From contig OZ250173.1 of the NCBI GenBank assembly GCA_965238075.1, positions 3,232,001 to 3,296,000 of the forward strand: a stretch of 64,000 nucleotides of DNA, given 5' to 3'. The stretch comes from Candidatus Entotheonellaceae bacterium. Its GTDB lineage: Bacteria > Tectomicrobia > Entotheonellia > Entotheonellales > Entotheonellaceae. The position numbers and the translations under genes are program-made. A model generated the notes under the pieces. The model searched no databases, had not been told where the DNA came from, and saw only the letters and a program-made list of their open reading frames with translations. This document shows positions 47,753 through 58,680 of this stretch, piece by piece; within the stretch, counting starts at the first letter, position 1; the number at the start of each line of letters is the position of its first letter.

Positions 47753-49303
47753 ATGGAAACCCGGATCGGTGTTGCCGATGGACTGGATTTGTTGATGAAC
47801 GTGATGCCCACGCGTATTCGGGTGGCACTGGAAGGCCACCCGCAGCGTGAGGAGCTGCTGGAGGTTGTGCTTGACCTGGGGCGTCTGCCCGAGGCGCGTT
47901 TTACGGATTCTAAAGAGGCGCTGTCGCAGACACAGGTGATACGCGAGGACCTGGACCACGTGACGGCGCATGTAGGGGCGTTCGGCCAGGATAACCGCGC
48001 CGGCGTTGAACGCACCCTGCACCGCATCTCGGCTATCCGCAATCGCGCTGGGGCCATTGTCGGCTTGACCTGCCGGGTCGGGCGTGCCCTGTTCGGCACG
48101 GTTGCCATCCTGCGCGACGTGATCGAAAGCGGCAAATCGCTGCTGCTGTTGGGACGGCCTGGGGTTGGCAAGACAACGCTGCTCCGCGAAGCCGCGCGGA
48201 CGCTGGCGGACGAGGTGGGCAAGCGCGTCGTCATCGTCGACACGTCCAACGAAATTGCCGGCGACGGCGATATCCCGCATCCCGGCATCGGGCAGGCGCG
48301 GCGCATGCAGGTGCCGATGCCGAGCACGCAGCACGCGGTAATGATCGAGGCGGTGGAGAATCACATGCCGGAGGTGATCGTCATCGACGAAATCGGCACC
48401 GAAGCAGAGGCGCTGGCCGCTCGCACGATTGCCGAGCGCGGCGTGCAGCTCATTGCCACGGCGCACGGCAACACCCTCGAAAACCTCGTCCGCAATCCCA
48501 CCCTCGCCGACCTCGTTGGCGGTATTCAGGCCGTCACCCTCTCCGACGAAGAAGCCCGCCGCCGCCGCACCCGCAAGACCGTTCTGGAGCGTAAGGCGCC
48601 GCCGACGTTCGACGTGCTGATTGAAATTCAGGAACGCGACAGATTGGCCGTGCATCACGACGTGGCTCAAGTGGTCGACGGGCTGCTGCGCGGCCACGGC
48701 CACGGCCCGGAATTGCGCGTACGGAAAGCGGAAGGCGGCTTTGAGGTGATGCCGCCGCCGGGTCCCATTCTGCAGGAGCCGCACTATCCGGACGCGCCGC
48801 CTCCACCCCGCCGGCAGCACCATCGCATCTTTCCCTATGCTGTGAATCGCGGACGCTTGCAGAGGGCTATTCAGAACAGCCGGGTGGCGGCCTCGGTGGT
48901 CGACGACCCCGATCAGGCCGACGTCGTTCTGACGCTGAAATCTCAGGAGAAGCGCCAGCCCAAGCGCCTGCAGGAAGCGCGCGCCCGCGGCATGCCCTTC
49001 TACAGCATCCGTCACAACACGGCCACACAGATGGAGTTGTTCCTCGCCGAGGTCGGCCACCGTGCCGAGGGGCGCGACCATCGTGCCAATAAGCAGGACC
49101 GCAGCCATCAGACGGAGATGGCCCGGCTGGAAGCGGAGGCCGCCGCGCATGAGGTCATGGCCAGCGGCCGCCCGGTGGAGTTGGCGCCGCGCAATGCCTA
49201 CCTGCGGCGGGTGCAGCACGAACTCGCGGGGCTGTATGAACTGAATTCGGAAAGCAAGGACATCGAGCCGTATCGCCGCGTCATCATTTATCCAAGGGCT
49301 TGA
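47753..49303 (+). CDS. Ycf45/SpoIIIAA-like AAA ATPase with C-terminal R3H domain
   Basis: [34 protein letters not shown]. Confidence 0.92.
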   Translation: METRIGVADGLDLLMNVMPTRIRVALEGHPQREELLEVVLDLGRLPEARFTDSKEALSQTQVIREDLDHVTAHVGAFGQDNRAGVERTLHRISAIRNRAGAIVGLTCRVGRALFGTVAILRDVIESGKSLLLLGRPGVGKTTLLREAARTLADEVGKRVVIVDTSNEIAGDGDIPHPGIGQARRMQVPMPSTQHAVMIEAVENHMPEVIVIDEIGTEAEALAARTIAERGVQLIATAHGNTLENLVRNPTLADLVGGIQAVTLSDEEARRRRTRKTVLERKAPPTFDVLIEIQERDRLAVHHDVAQVVDGLLRGHGHGPELRVRKAEGGFEVMPPPGPILQEPHYPDAPPPPRRQHHRIFPYAVNRGRLQRAIQNSRVAASVVDDPDQADVVLTLKSQEKRQPKRLQEARARGMPFYSIRHNTATQMELFLAEVGHRAEGRDHRANKQDRSHQTEMARLEAEAAAHEVMASGRPVELAPRNAYLRRVQHELAGLYELNSESKDIEPYRRVIIYPRA

Positions 49304-49320
49304 AAGGATACAGGGGCATC

Positions 49321-50487
49321 ATGGTAGACATTCACATCACCCTCACCGAGGAGCAACAGGCGCTGAAAAAGGCTGTCGCGGACCTGTGCCAACTCTATCC
49401 GGGGTCGTACTGGCGGGAATTGGACGCCAAGCGCGAGTATCCCGAGGCGTTCGTGCAGGAGTTGAGCAAGGCGGGCTATCTCGCGGCGCTGATCCCGGAG
49501 GCCTACGGCGGCAGTGGCCTGGGCATCCTCGAGGGTGGCCTGATCCTGGAGGAGATCAATCACTCCGGCGGCAACGCGGCGGCCTGTCACGCGCAGATGT
49601 ACATCATGGGCACCCTGCTGCGGCACGGCTCGGACGAGCAAAAGGCGCGCTATCTGCCGCAGATTGCCAACGGCGCCTTGCGGCTGCAGGCGTTCGGGGT
49701 GACGGAGCCGAATTCCGGTTCTGATACGACGCAACTGCAAACGACGGCGGTGCGGCAAGGTGACGTGTACGTGGTCAACGGCCAGAAAATCTTCATTTCG
49801 CGTGTCATGCAGTCGGATCTGATGCTGTTGCTGGCGCGCACGACGCCGCTGAGCGAGGTTCGCAAACGCACGGACGGGCTGTCCGTGTTTCTGATCGACA
49901 TCCGCGACCTGCCGGGCTTTGAGGCGCGGCCCCTGCAGACGATGCTGAATCATTCCACCAACGTGCTGTTTTTTGACGGCGTAGAAATCCCGGCGGACAG
50001 CTTGGTCGGCGTCGAGGGCAAGGGGTTTTCGCACATCCTGGACGGCATGAACGCGGAGCGCGTGCTGGTGGCCTCGCAGTCGGTCGGCGACGGGCGTTGG
50101 TTCGTGGAAAAGGCGTCGCAGTACGCCAAGGAACGCGTCGTTTTCGGCAAGCCGATCGGTGCCAACCAGGGGGTGCAATTTCCGATTGCCAAGGCGCACA
50201 TGGCCGTCGAAGCGGCCGACCTGATGCGCCTCAAGGCAGCGGCGATGTTCGACGCCGGCGAGCCGTGCGGCCCGGAGGCCAACATGGCGAAATACCTGTC
50301 GTCCGAGGCGGCCTGGGAGGCGGCCAATGCCTGCCTGGACTGCCACGGCGGCTACGGTTTTGCGTCGGAGTACGATGTGGAGCGCAAGTTTCGCGAGACG
50401 CGCCTGTACAAAACGGCGCCAGTCAGCAACAACCTGGTACTGGCCTACGTTGGGCAGCACGTGCTGGGGATGCCGCGCTCTTACTGA
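49321..50487 (+). CDS. Acyl-CoA dehydrogenase
   Basis: GVTEPNSGSD, NGQKIFISR, ERVVFGKPIG, HGGYGFASEYDVERKFRE. Confidence 0.93.
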   Translation: MVDIHITLTEEQQALKKAVADLCQLYPGSYWRELDAKREYPEAFVQELSKAGYLAALIPEAYGGSGLGILEGGLILEEINHSGGNAAACHAQMYIMGTLLRHGSDEQKARYLPQIANGALRLQAFGVTEPNSGSDTTQLQTTAVRQGDVYVVNGQKIFISRVMQSDLMLLLARTTPLSEVRKRTDGLSVFLIDIRDLPGFEARPLQTMLNHSTNVLFFDGVEIPADSLVGVEGKGFSHILDGMNAERVLVASQSVGDGRWFVEKASQYAKERVVFGKPIGANQGVQFPIAKAHMAVEAADLMRLKAAAMFDAGEPCGPEANMAKYLSSEAAWEAANACLDCHGGYGFASEYDVERKFRETRLYKTAPVSNNLVLAYVGQHVLGMPRSY

Positions 50488-50515
50488 CAGCGGCTTTTCA
50501 TCATGAGGAAACGAT

Positions 50516-51463
50516 ATGTCGATGCCAGAGCGAGTTACGATTTGCGAGGTGGGAACGCGGGACGGGTTCCAGATCGAGCCGGAGTTCATTGCCACCGAGA
50601 CAAAGATCGATGTGGTGAATCGTCTCACCGCGGCGGGCCTGCCGCGCATTGAGGTCACGTCATTCGTGCACCCCAAGGTGGTGCCGCAGATGCGGGACGC
50701 TGCCGAGGTGATGGCGGGCATCGAGCGCCGGCCGGGCACGGTGTATGCCGCTTTGATTCCCAATGAGAAGGGTGCCGTTCGGGCCATCGAGGCGGGAGTG
50801 GACAAGCTGCATACGGTGCTGTCGGCGAGCGAGAGCCATAATCTCGCCAACGTCAACATGACGGTAGCCGAATCGCTGGACAAGCTGGCCGCGCTGGCGC
50901 CGGTGGCGCGCGATGCCGGCATCCCGGTGCAGGGCGGCATCTCGACGGTTTTCGGTTGCCCGTTTGAGGGCCGCATTCCGTTGAAAAAACTGGAATCCAT
51001 TGCGGCGCGGCTGGTCGATCTGGGCTTTCAGGGCATCAGCCTGGCGGATACGACGGGTATGGCCAACCCGGCGCAAGTGCAAAGGATTCTGGAGTATCTG
51101 ATGCCCAAGTTTCCGGGCATTGAGTGGAACCTGCATACCCATAACACGCGGGGCATGGCGATCTCCAACATCCTGGCTGCGATGTCGTGCGGGGTGCAGT
51201 CTTTCGATTCATCGGTGGCAGGCCTGGGCGGCTGTCCGTTTGCCCCCGGCGCGACCGGCAACGTTTGTACCGAGGACCTGGTGCACTGCCTGCACGCCAT
51301 GGACGTGGAGACGGGGATCGATCTCGACGAGTTGGTCGCCGCGGCGCAGCGTCTCGAGGAGGTGATCGGCCGCCCGTTGCCGGGCCAGGTTATGAAGGCG
51401 GGGCCGTGGGACCGCCGCTACGCCCTGCCGCACGCGGTTGAAGAGCGTCTCGCTGCGCTCTGA
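50516..51463 (+). CDS. Hydroxymethylglutaryl-CoA lyase family protein
   Basis: EVGTRDGFQ, FGCPFEG, LADTTG, HTHNTRG, GLGGCPFAPGATGN. Confidence 0.93.
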   Translation: MSMPERVTICEVGTRDGFQIEPEFIATETKIDVVNRLTAAGLPRIEVTSFVHPKVVPQMRDAAEVMAGIERRPGTVYAALIPNEKGAVRAIEAGVDKLHTVLSASESHNLANVNMTVAESLDKLAALAPVARDAGIPVQGGISTVFGCPFEGRIPLKKLESIAARLVDLGFQGISLADTTGMANPAQVQRILEYLMPKFPGIEWNLHTHNTRGMAISNILAAMSCGVQSFDSSVAGLGGCPFAPGATGNVCTEDLVHCLHAMDVETGIDLDELVAAAQRLEEVIGRPLPGQVMKAGPWDRRYALPHAVEERLAAL

Positions 51464-51476
51464 TGCGCGCGGTGTT

Positions 51477-52277
51477 TTATCTTCCTTTGAAACTAGGTGC
51501 CCGGCGTTCCGTGAATGAGGCCCGCGACTCCTCGACGTCATGCGGCGCGCGGCGCGCCAGGATCAGCCCGTAGGATTCGTGGCGCAGTTGCGCTTCCAGG
51601 TCGGCTTCCATGCTCTGCTGCAGGACGCGGCGCGCGGTCTGCATGGCCACCGGTGGCCAGGAGGTGATCTGCCGTGCCACCGCCAGGGCCTCGTCCAGAA
51701 GGTTCTCGGCGGGCACCAGGCGGTCGAGCAGGCCGATACGATGCGCCTCCTCGGCTTCCACGAAGCGGCTGGTGTAGATCAAGTCGCAAGCGCGGCTGTA
51801 TCCGACGATGCGCGGCAGGAAGAACGACATGCCGGAGTCCGGACTCAGGCTGCGTTCGAGGAACACCGTTTTGAAACGTGTGAGCGGCGAGCCGACCCGC
51901 AGGTCGCAGGCCAATGCCAGGGACATACCGGCTCCGGCCGCGACGCCGTTGACCGCGGCCACGATGGGCTTGTCCAGGGTGCGGTAGACGGCCATGGCTT
52001 GGCGCCCGGTCCAGCCGTACATGTCGAGGCGCTCCTGACGGCTGCCGATGTCGTCCGTGGCGGACACCGCGGCGCGTAGGTCGACGCCGGAGCAAAATCC
52101 CCTCCCCTCGCCGGTGAGCACCACCGCCCAGATGTCGTCATTATGGCGTATATCCTGACAGGCCTGCTCCAGTTCTTGGCGCAGGTCCAGGCTGAGGGCG
52201 TTCAGTCGGTCGGGGCGGTTCAAGGTCAAAATTGCGATTTTATCCTGTCGTTCGATTCGTAAAACGTGGTCGGCCAT
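51477..52277 (-). CDS. Enoyl-CoA hydratase/isomerase
   Basis: LNRPDRLNAL, FCSGVDL, NGVAAGAGMSLALACD, SPDSG. Confidence 0.92.
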   Translation of the reverse strand: MADHVLRIERQDKIAILTLNRPDRLNALSLDLRQELEQACQDIRHNDDIWAVVLTGEGRGFCSGVDLRAAVSATDDIGSRQERLDMYGWTGRQAMAVYRTLDKPIVAAVNGVAAGAGMSLALACDLRVGSPLTRFKTVFLERSLSPDSGMSFFLPRIVGYSRACDLIYTSRFVEAEEAHRIGLLDRLVPAENLLDEALAVARQITSWPPVAMQTARRVLQQSMEADLEAQLRHESYGLILARRAPHDVEESRASFTERRAPSFKGR

Positions 52278-52378
52278 GTACGTTCCTTCGGTTGCGCTGG
52301 TGCAGTGCTGAGGCTGTTTTCAGATGAGAAGGCACCCATTTTAGCACGCGATACGGTGCGAGCCGTGGAGATCAACTG

Positions 52379-53518
52379 ATGCAAGAAAGACCGAACACGC
52401 GGATTACCGACGTGCGATTGATTCGTTTGCGGACGGAGCGCGAGGTGGGCGTCGTTGAGCCGGCGTGGGACCTGGGCGGTACCTGGCCGCTTCGCATCGG
52501 CGGCGGCTCGTACGTCGAGGTGCACACCGACGCCGGGCTGGTGGGCATCGGGCCCGGCTGCAGCGCCGCCCTGCTGCCCGCGGTGCGGGAGCAGATGGTG
52601 GGCCAGGATCCGTTCGACATTGAGTGGCATGACGCCGTCCTAGGCTACTACGCGGCGGGTCTGCCCTACGAGGGCACCGCCGGGGTGGACATCGCGCTGT
52701 GGGACGTGATCGGCAAGCTTTGCGGCCAGCCGCTGTACAAGCTCTGGGGCGGCGGGCGCGACCGGGTGGTGCCCTACGCCAGCCTGATGCGGCTTTCCGA
52801 CCCCGAGGAGCGGGCGCAGCAGGCGGCGGGCTTGCGACAGGCCGGTTGGCGGGGACTGAAGGTGCGGCTGCACCATGAAACGATGCAGGAAGACATCCGC
52901 ACCGTCGAGGCCGTGCGGGAGGCGGTGGGCGATGACATGGCGATCATGGTGGACGCCAACCAGGCGCAATCCGCCGGGGGCTGGCAGCCCGGCGTGCGCT
53001 GGGATTTTCGCCGTGCCGTCGAGACCGCCCGCGTCCTGCAAACCCTCCGCTGTACGTGGCTGGAAGAACCCCTGCCCCGCTTTGCTTTCGACCAGTTGGC
53101 GGAACTGAGGCGGCGCGTCGAGCTGCCGATTGCAGGCGGCGAGAACAACACCGGCCTGCACGAATTCCGGCACATGCTGCAACACGAGGTGTACGACATC
53201 CTGCAGCCCGAATGCCTCGTCCTCGAAGGCATCTCCACCGTCCGCAAGGTCGGCGTCCTGGCTGGCGCCTTCGGCAAGCAGGTCGTTCCCCACCACGGCG
53301 CCTGGGACCTCGGCCTCATCGCCCACCTGCATTTTGTCGCCTCCTGCCCCCACGCCCCCTATCTGGAAATCCTCCACGACCCGCCAATCGGCGACTACCG
53401 CCACGGCTTTGCCGTTTTGCAAGACCCACCGGCCGTCGGCCCGGACGGTTGCCTCGCCGTTCCTCAAGCCCCCGGTCTTGGCGTCGAGTTGCGGCAGGAC
53501 CTGATCGAGGCGCCGTAA
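52379..53518 (+). CDS. Mandelate racemase/muconate lactonizing enolase-superfamily enzyme
   Basis: VDIALWD, LKVR, MVDAN, WLEEP, GGEN, VPHH. Confidence 0.9.
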   Translation: MQERPNTRITDVRLIRLRTEREVGVVEPAWDLGGTWPLRIGGGSYVEVHTDAGLVGIGPGCSAALLPAVREQMVGQDPFDIEWHDAVLGYYAAGLPYEGTAGVDIALWDVIGKLCGQPLYKLWGGGRDRVVPYASLMRLSDPEERAQQAAGLRQAGWRGLKVRLHHETMQEDIRTVEAVREAVGDDMAIMVDANQAQSAGGWQPGVRWDFRRAVETARVLQTLRCTWLEEPLPRFAFDQLAELRRRVELPIAGGENNTGLHEFRHMLQHEVYDILQPECLVLEGISTVRKVGVLAGAFGKQVVPHHGAWDLGLIAHLHFVASCPHAPYLEILHDPPIGDYRHGFAVLQDPPAVGPDGCLAVPQAPGLGVELRQDLIEAP

Positions 53519-53689
53519 GTCGAAATTCAAGCACCCGCCTGCGTCAGATTTCACAGAACCCAAACGGTTCACAAACAAAGACTTACCAACACCTCAGTAG
53601 GTGGAGTACAAGTAGGTTTCCCTGCGCCCCGGTTCTCTCGGAGGGGAGACGCAGTTCCCCCGTCTGAATGCCATCCCGCCATTCGAGTA

Positions 53690-54069
53690 TCAGTTCTGTG
53701 CGTGGCCGGCTTGGGCGAATTCGGGTATCTGACCCTGGTCTCGGGAACTCTATATAACGGCCTCGGCCCCACTCTCGCCAACACGCTGGTCGGCGTGCTA
53801 TCGGCCATTGTGGACAATGTACCGGTGATGTATGCGGTGCTGAGCATGGATCCTGATATGTCACTAGGCCAGTGGCAACTCGTCACGCTGACCGCGGGCA
53901 CGGGCGGCAGCCTGCTGGCCATCGGCTCCGCCGCCGGGGTTGCGTTGTTGGGGACTGTGCGCGGGGCTTCTATACCTTTGGCGGGCACCTCAAATGGACG
54001 CCGGTGATTGCCCTGGGATACCTGCTGAGCATCCTCATCCATCTGTGGCTGAACGCCGGGGTGATGTGA
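53690..54069 (+). pseudogene. C-terminal fragment of NhaD Na+/H+ antiporter, frameshifted
   Basis: GVLSAIVDNVP..AGTGGSLLAIGSAAGVALLG, then YTFGGHLKWTPVI in a second frame; no N-terminus. Confidence 0.8.
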
Positions 54070-54193
54070 GGCGAGCGACGTTGCCACAACGCCGCCATTG
54101 CGCAGACGTTGCGCTGGTGGACATGGAAAAAGGCCGCCTCGGAATGCCCGGAGCGGCCTTGGTGCCTTGCTTCGCACGATGTGTGACGGGAAT

Positions 54194-54460
54194 TCAGTTC
54201 ATTCTCCTGCGATAAGCCTGCCGCCTGTGGGCGACACGAACGACCAGCACGATGAGCGCGTCCTCCTGTACTTCCTAAAGCACGCGATAATCGCTGACGC
54301 GAAGCCGTCGTAGGCCCTGCAACTCTCCCTGCAATGCACTGCCCAGGAAAGGGTTCTCCGACAGCCGGTCGATGGCCCCGACAAGCCGTATGCGGTCCGC
54401 CTTCGCAATGTGTCCCAGTTCCTTGGCTGCCCTGCCCTTAATGCGCATCGAAAAGCTCAC
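54194..54460 (-). pseudogene. relE: RelE/ParE toxin with in-frame TAG at 54275-54277
   Basis: AAKEL..LQGELQGLRRLRVSDYRVL*EVQEDALIVLVVRVAHRRQAY; the stop replaces the usual Tyr. Confidence 0.85.
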
Positions 54461-54659
54461 GTTTGATTTGTTCCCAATCCAGTACGGGATCGCTGGGGTC
54501 CTGGAGCCGCTCTATGGCAATCGAGAAATCGTCGAAATCCTCTAGGTAACGCTCGACCGCTTGACGAACGATCTCAGCCCGGCTGCGTTTGAGTCGGCTC
54601 GCGACCGTGTCCAGCGCGTCGACAACGGTATCGGGTAACCGTGCAGTAATCTGACCCAT
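54438..54659 (-). CDS. Ribbon-helix-helix antitoxin (RelB/CopG-like)
   Basis: ITARLPD..LD..SRAEIVRQAVERYLEDFDD; overlaps the toxin start. Confidence 0.85.
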   Translation of the reverse strand: MGQITARLPDTVVDALDTVASRLKRSRAEIVRQAVERYLEDFDDFSIAIERLQDPSDPVLDWEQIKRELFDAH

Positions 54660-55004
54660 GAGGCATCCTGAAGTCTTACGAAGTAAATTTCACCATCATA
54701 CCTCCACTTCGCTGACCGGGGCAATCCAGCCGTCGTCGCCTCGACCCGTTCATCAATTCGTAATCACCCAAAGCCTACAACCACCCTGCCTATTTATGTT
54801 CAGTAAACCAGAATTGCATCGGCGCATATTCTGACCGTCTGACTGTCACAGGGGATTCTGCTCCGTCGCCCCCACCCTCTCCGCATGTTGACTGCGTGGC
54901 AGGCCACAACTACGATACCGCGGCTTTGTACTTGGCCAAATGACGCAGCAGGCGCACGGAACGACGTGCGGCGAGGCGACGGAGACATCGTAAGGAGCAA
55001 ATTC

Positions 55005-56084
55005 ATGCAGCGACGCACGTTGATTCGAAATTTGAGTTTAGGGGCCGCGGGGGTGGTGCTGGCGGCGCCGGCGGTGCAGGCGCAGAAGAAATATCGCTGG
55101 CGGATGGCGACGAGCTGGACGCCGGCTCTGGACGTGCTGCAAGGCAATGCGGTGCGTTTCGCCAAGGTCGTGGACGAAATGAGCGAGGGGCGGCTTAAGA
55201 TTCAGGTATACGCGGCGGGCGAATTGATCCCGGCGTTCGGCGTCTTCGATGCGGTTCTGCAGGGCACGCTGCAGATGTTCAACGCCGCGGCGTATTACTG
55301 GGCCGGCAAAGAGCCGGCCACGCAGTGGTTCACGGCGATGCCGTTCGGCCTCAATCCGCGCGGCATGTATGCTTGGTACTACCAAGGCGGCGGGCTCAAG
55401 CTGTGGGAGGAAACCTACGCGGCGTTCGACCTGATTCCGCGTCCGGGGGGCACCACGGGCAACCAGATGGGCGGCTGGTTCAAAAATAAGCTGGAATCAA
55501 TGGCCGATCTCCAGGGCCTGAAGTTCCGCATTCCCGGCCTGGGCGGCAAGGTGTACGCCGAGGCGGGCACCACGGTGGTGCTGACACCGGGCGGCGAAAT
55601 TTTCCCGGCCCTCGAACGCGGCGTCATCGACGGCTCGGAATGGGTGGGGCCGCACGACGACATGAAGCTCGGCCTGCACAACGCCGCGAATTACTACTAC
55701 TACCCAGGCTGGCACGAGCCCGGCACCACTGGCGAGTTCACCTTCAACCGTAAGGCCTATGAGGAGTTGCCCTCGGACCTGAGGGCGATTCTCGATTACG
55801 CAACGAGCTATTGCGGCGAGCAGATGCTGGCCGAATACGAGGCGAAGAACATCGTCGCCCTCAACACCCTGAGAACCAAGTACCAGGGGCAGGTCGAAAT
55901 CCTGCCGTTCCCCGCCGATGTGATGGACAACCTGCGCACCTTGGCGCGCGACGTGCTGGCCGAGGAGGCCAACAGGAGCCCCATGGCCAAGAAGGTGCAC
56001 GAGTCGTTCACCAAGTTCCAGGCGCAAATCAGCCCGTGGGCGGAAATGACGGACGGCGCGTATCACCGGCTCGTGAGGGGGTAG
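55005..56084 (+). CDS. dctp: TRAP transporter substrate-binding protein (TakP-like), Tat-exported
   Basis: WRMATSW, AGELIP, YYWAGK, TGNQMGGWF, RIPGLGG, EWVGP, PGWHEP. Confidence 0.92.
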   Translation: MQRRTLIRNLSLGAAGVVLAAPAVQAQKKYRWRMATSWTPALDVLQGNAVRFAKVVDEMSEGRLKIQVYAAGELIPAFGVFDAVLQGTLQMFNAAAYYWAGKEPATQWFTAMPFGLNPRGMYAWYYQGGGLKLWEETYAAFDLIPRPGGTTGNQMGGWFKNKLESMADLQGLKFRIPGLGGKVYAEAGTTVVLTPGGEIFPALERGVIDGSEWVGPHDDMKLGLHNAANYYYYPGWHEPGTTGEFTFNRKAYEELPSDLRAILDYATSYCGEQMLAEYEAKNIVALNTLRTKYQGQVEILPFPADVMDNLRTLARDVLAEEANRSPMAKKVHESFTKFQAQISPWAEMTDGAYHRLVRG

Positions 56085-56277
56085 GGGCGCAGGCAACATG
56101 ACCATCGAACGGCGGACCGCCAGAGCGGCAGCGCCGCGGAAGCAGGAGTATCAATAGGAATCGGACAACTTGGACCGTAAGGCCCCGGTGGCGCCCCACG
56201 CAATCTGTGACTTGGTTATTGAGGTGTTCCAGGCCGAACCATCGCGCGGATTCGGACGCGATGGAGAGGAGGGTTAC

Positions 56278-56526
56278 GTGGTCTGGAAGGCAATCGGCAA
56301 CATCGCCGCCTTGGTGGGTGTGCTGGTGGCGATGGTCATGATGTTCAATCAGGTTGACGGGCGACTGGACTGCATGCAGACAGAGACAAACCCCCTCTTT
56401 GACCGCATGCAGACAGATACCAACGCCCGCTTTGATGCGGTGCTTGAGGCGATTATGAGCTTCGACCGCCGGGTCTCGCGCATCGAACGGCGTTTCGATG
56501 CCCATAGCACCGGGGCCGCCGAGTAG
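56278..56526 (+). CDS. Small TM plus coiled-coil hypothetical protein
   Basis: TM helix, then an 11-aa internal repeat (DCMQTETNPLF/DRMQTDTNARF) and RVSRIE. Confidence 0.5.
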   Translation: MVWKAIGNIAALVGVLVAMVMMFNQVDGRLDCMQTETNPLFDRMQTDTNARFDAVLEAIMSFDRRVSRIERRFDAHSTGAAE

Positions 56527-56780
56527 GCATGCGGTCCCGCTGGCGGATTGGCGACCGCGGCTCGCGGCCGCTTAGAACTCCCCAACTGGCTGCCAAAAGA
56601 GGGCTGATGATACGGTTGACGTCCCACCGATTGCGGGCGAAATCGCCCCTTTCGCAACTTCCGGTGGGGCGTTCTGGAGTTCTCCGCGGCAAAATGGCGT
56701 AAGTCCAGCATCCACGCGGGTTTCCGGTGATGCTAAAGTTTACACATAGAGACTTATCAGAAGTTGAAGGGAGAAATCTC

Positions 56781-57071
56781 ATGAGTGTATTCGCGCATCT
56801 GGTCACTTCTATGGGGTGGGGTGAACCTGAGGCGACGCAGGCCTTGGCTTATATCCTCCGCCAACAACCCGGCATTCTTCGGGCGTTCGTCAGCTTGCTC
56901 GGCGCGGCAGGCGTCACATTCAACCCCGGACGCATTGAGTTTGATGATAATGAGGTGTATTTGCCGGGCAACGACAAATACCTCCCCATCCGCCTCAAAC
57001 CTGGTGTTGAGCGAGAGAGGGTAGTTGAGGACGCGGTTGAGCAGATCCGCGCTGCTGTGTTCGGAGGTTGA
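56781..57071 (+). pseudogene. Internally deleted hypothetical protein remnant
   Basis: EPEATQALAYIL N-terminus joined abruptly to a YLPIRLKPGVERERVVEDAV C-terminus. Confidence 0.35.
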
Positions 57072-57620
57072 CATAAGACGGGATTATCCGAAGTTGAGCG
57101 GGTATGACCTGCGCGGGGAACCAGCTCCTTTTTTTCCGGTTGACTTGCCGATTGAACATAGAAGATATTGGCCGCCGCTCAGGCACTTCGTCCTTGAATC
57201 ATCAAACGAAAGGGGGTCCGTTATGCGCTGGATCGTGGTTTTGACGGTGCTCGCGGCGGGGCCACGATTGCCGAAGCACAGGCATTTCAAGGAATTGTGA
57301 TGGATGATGGCAATCGAAGCGTGACGTTCTCCAACTCGATGCTGGAGATCGGCTCCGATACGCTGAACAATCTCAGAGTCTGGCCCAAAATAAGTTGAGC
57401 GATTTCGGTAGGTTGTGATTCGCTGGCATGACCAAGCCGCCACTGGCGAATCCCAAAGGACATCGGGACGACCGTTAATACCGCCCAAACGTGGCTCCTT
57501 CATCACCAGCGCAGATCTTCTCGTCTTTGGATTGGTAGAGCTATGAAAAACAATGCCTTATTTCGGGACGAACTCTTAACAAGGTTATATTTACGGACAC
57601 TACACTCTAGGGGTTGACCG

Positions 57621-58550
57621 ATGCGCGAGAGGATGATAACGGATGAGATCCGCATGAGCGACGGCGCACCCATTATCCTGCGGAGGCTCGGGAACCCCAA
57701 GGGCTTGCGGCTTGTGGTCAGTCACGGCAACGGCTTGGCGGTCGACGCCTATGAGTCGTTCTGGAGGCTGCTCTCGGACCGGTTCGATCTGATCCTCTAC
57801 GACGTCAGGAACCACGGGCGGAATCCGGTGGGAGATCTCGCCGCGCACAACATGGCCCAACTGATCGACGACACCGTGACTGTCGCGCAGGCCATCGACC
57901 GGACGTTTGGCCGACGGCCGCGGGTCGGTGTCTTCCACTCGTTGGCCGCTCTCCTGTGCCTGTTGCCGGGCGCGGAAGCGCACGGCTATGCGGGCCTGGT
58001 GCTGTTCGATCCGCCGGTGGCGCCGGATGCGGACTCGGCGAGCCGCCTGCTGAAGATGAGGCGGAAGCGGGTCGAGCAGGCGCGGCAGCGGCAGGCGGAC
58101 TTCGACACGTGGGAGGATCTGGCGGACGTCTACCGGAGCGCCGCGCCGTTTCGCTTGCTGCCGCCGAGAGCCGTCGAGCGGCTCGCGCAGGCAACGCTCC
58201 GGCCGCGCGGGCCGACGGGCTTCACGCTCTGTTGTCCGCCTGCGTTCGAAGCCAAAATATACGAGGAGAGCATCGCTTGGTCAACGCGCGTTGACTTCGA
58301 CCGTATCCGGTGTCCCGTAAGGGTAATCGGCAGCGATCCGGTGCTCCCCTTCTCGTTCCTTCCAAGCGTCGATCTGAACGAGATCGTGAAGCTGGACTAC
58401 GATTTCCTGCCCGATGCAACGCACTTCCTGCAACTCGAGAAGCCCGGGGAGTGTGCGCTGTTGGTGCGGGACTTCCTCGACACCCTGGAGAGCGACCGAT
58501 GCAGGGGCGCAACAGCGGACCTGGCCGGCGGCGGGCCGGAGACATCGTGA
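57621..58550 (+). CDS. Alpha/beta hydrolase
   Basis: SHGNG, YDVRNHG, FHSLA elbow, THFLQLEKP. Confidence 0.85.
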   Translation: MRERMITDEIRMSDGAPIILRRLGNPKGLRLVVSHGNGLAVDAYESFWRLLSDRFDLILYDVRNHGRNPVGDLAAHNMAQLIDDTVTVAQAIDRTFGRRPRVGVFHSLAALLCLLPGAEAHGYAGLVLFDPPVAPDADSASRLLKMRRKRVEQARQRQADFDTWEDLADVYRSAAPFRLLPPRAVERLAQATLRPRGPTGFTLCCPPAFEAKIYEESIAWSTRVDFDRIRCPVRVIGSDPVLPFSFLPSVDLNEIVKLDYDFLPDATHFLQLEKPGECALLVRDFLDTLESDRCRGATADLAGGGPETS

Positions 58551-58680
58551 ACCGGACTCGCCTTGGGGCCTTCCATCGGGGAACCTTCAGGCAGCAGACC
58601 TGCGACCTGCGGCCTGTCGGTGGTAAGCCGAACCGCCGGTCACCTGCCACGGGGCCGGAAGTGCTGTGAGGTGGATTCGC

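Noticed and set aside
53590-53690. Group II intron domain V/VI-like sequence
   Set aside because: Partial motifs point in inconsistent orientations, and there is no AGC/CGC triad hairpin or RT ORF.
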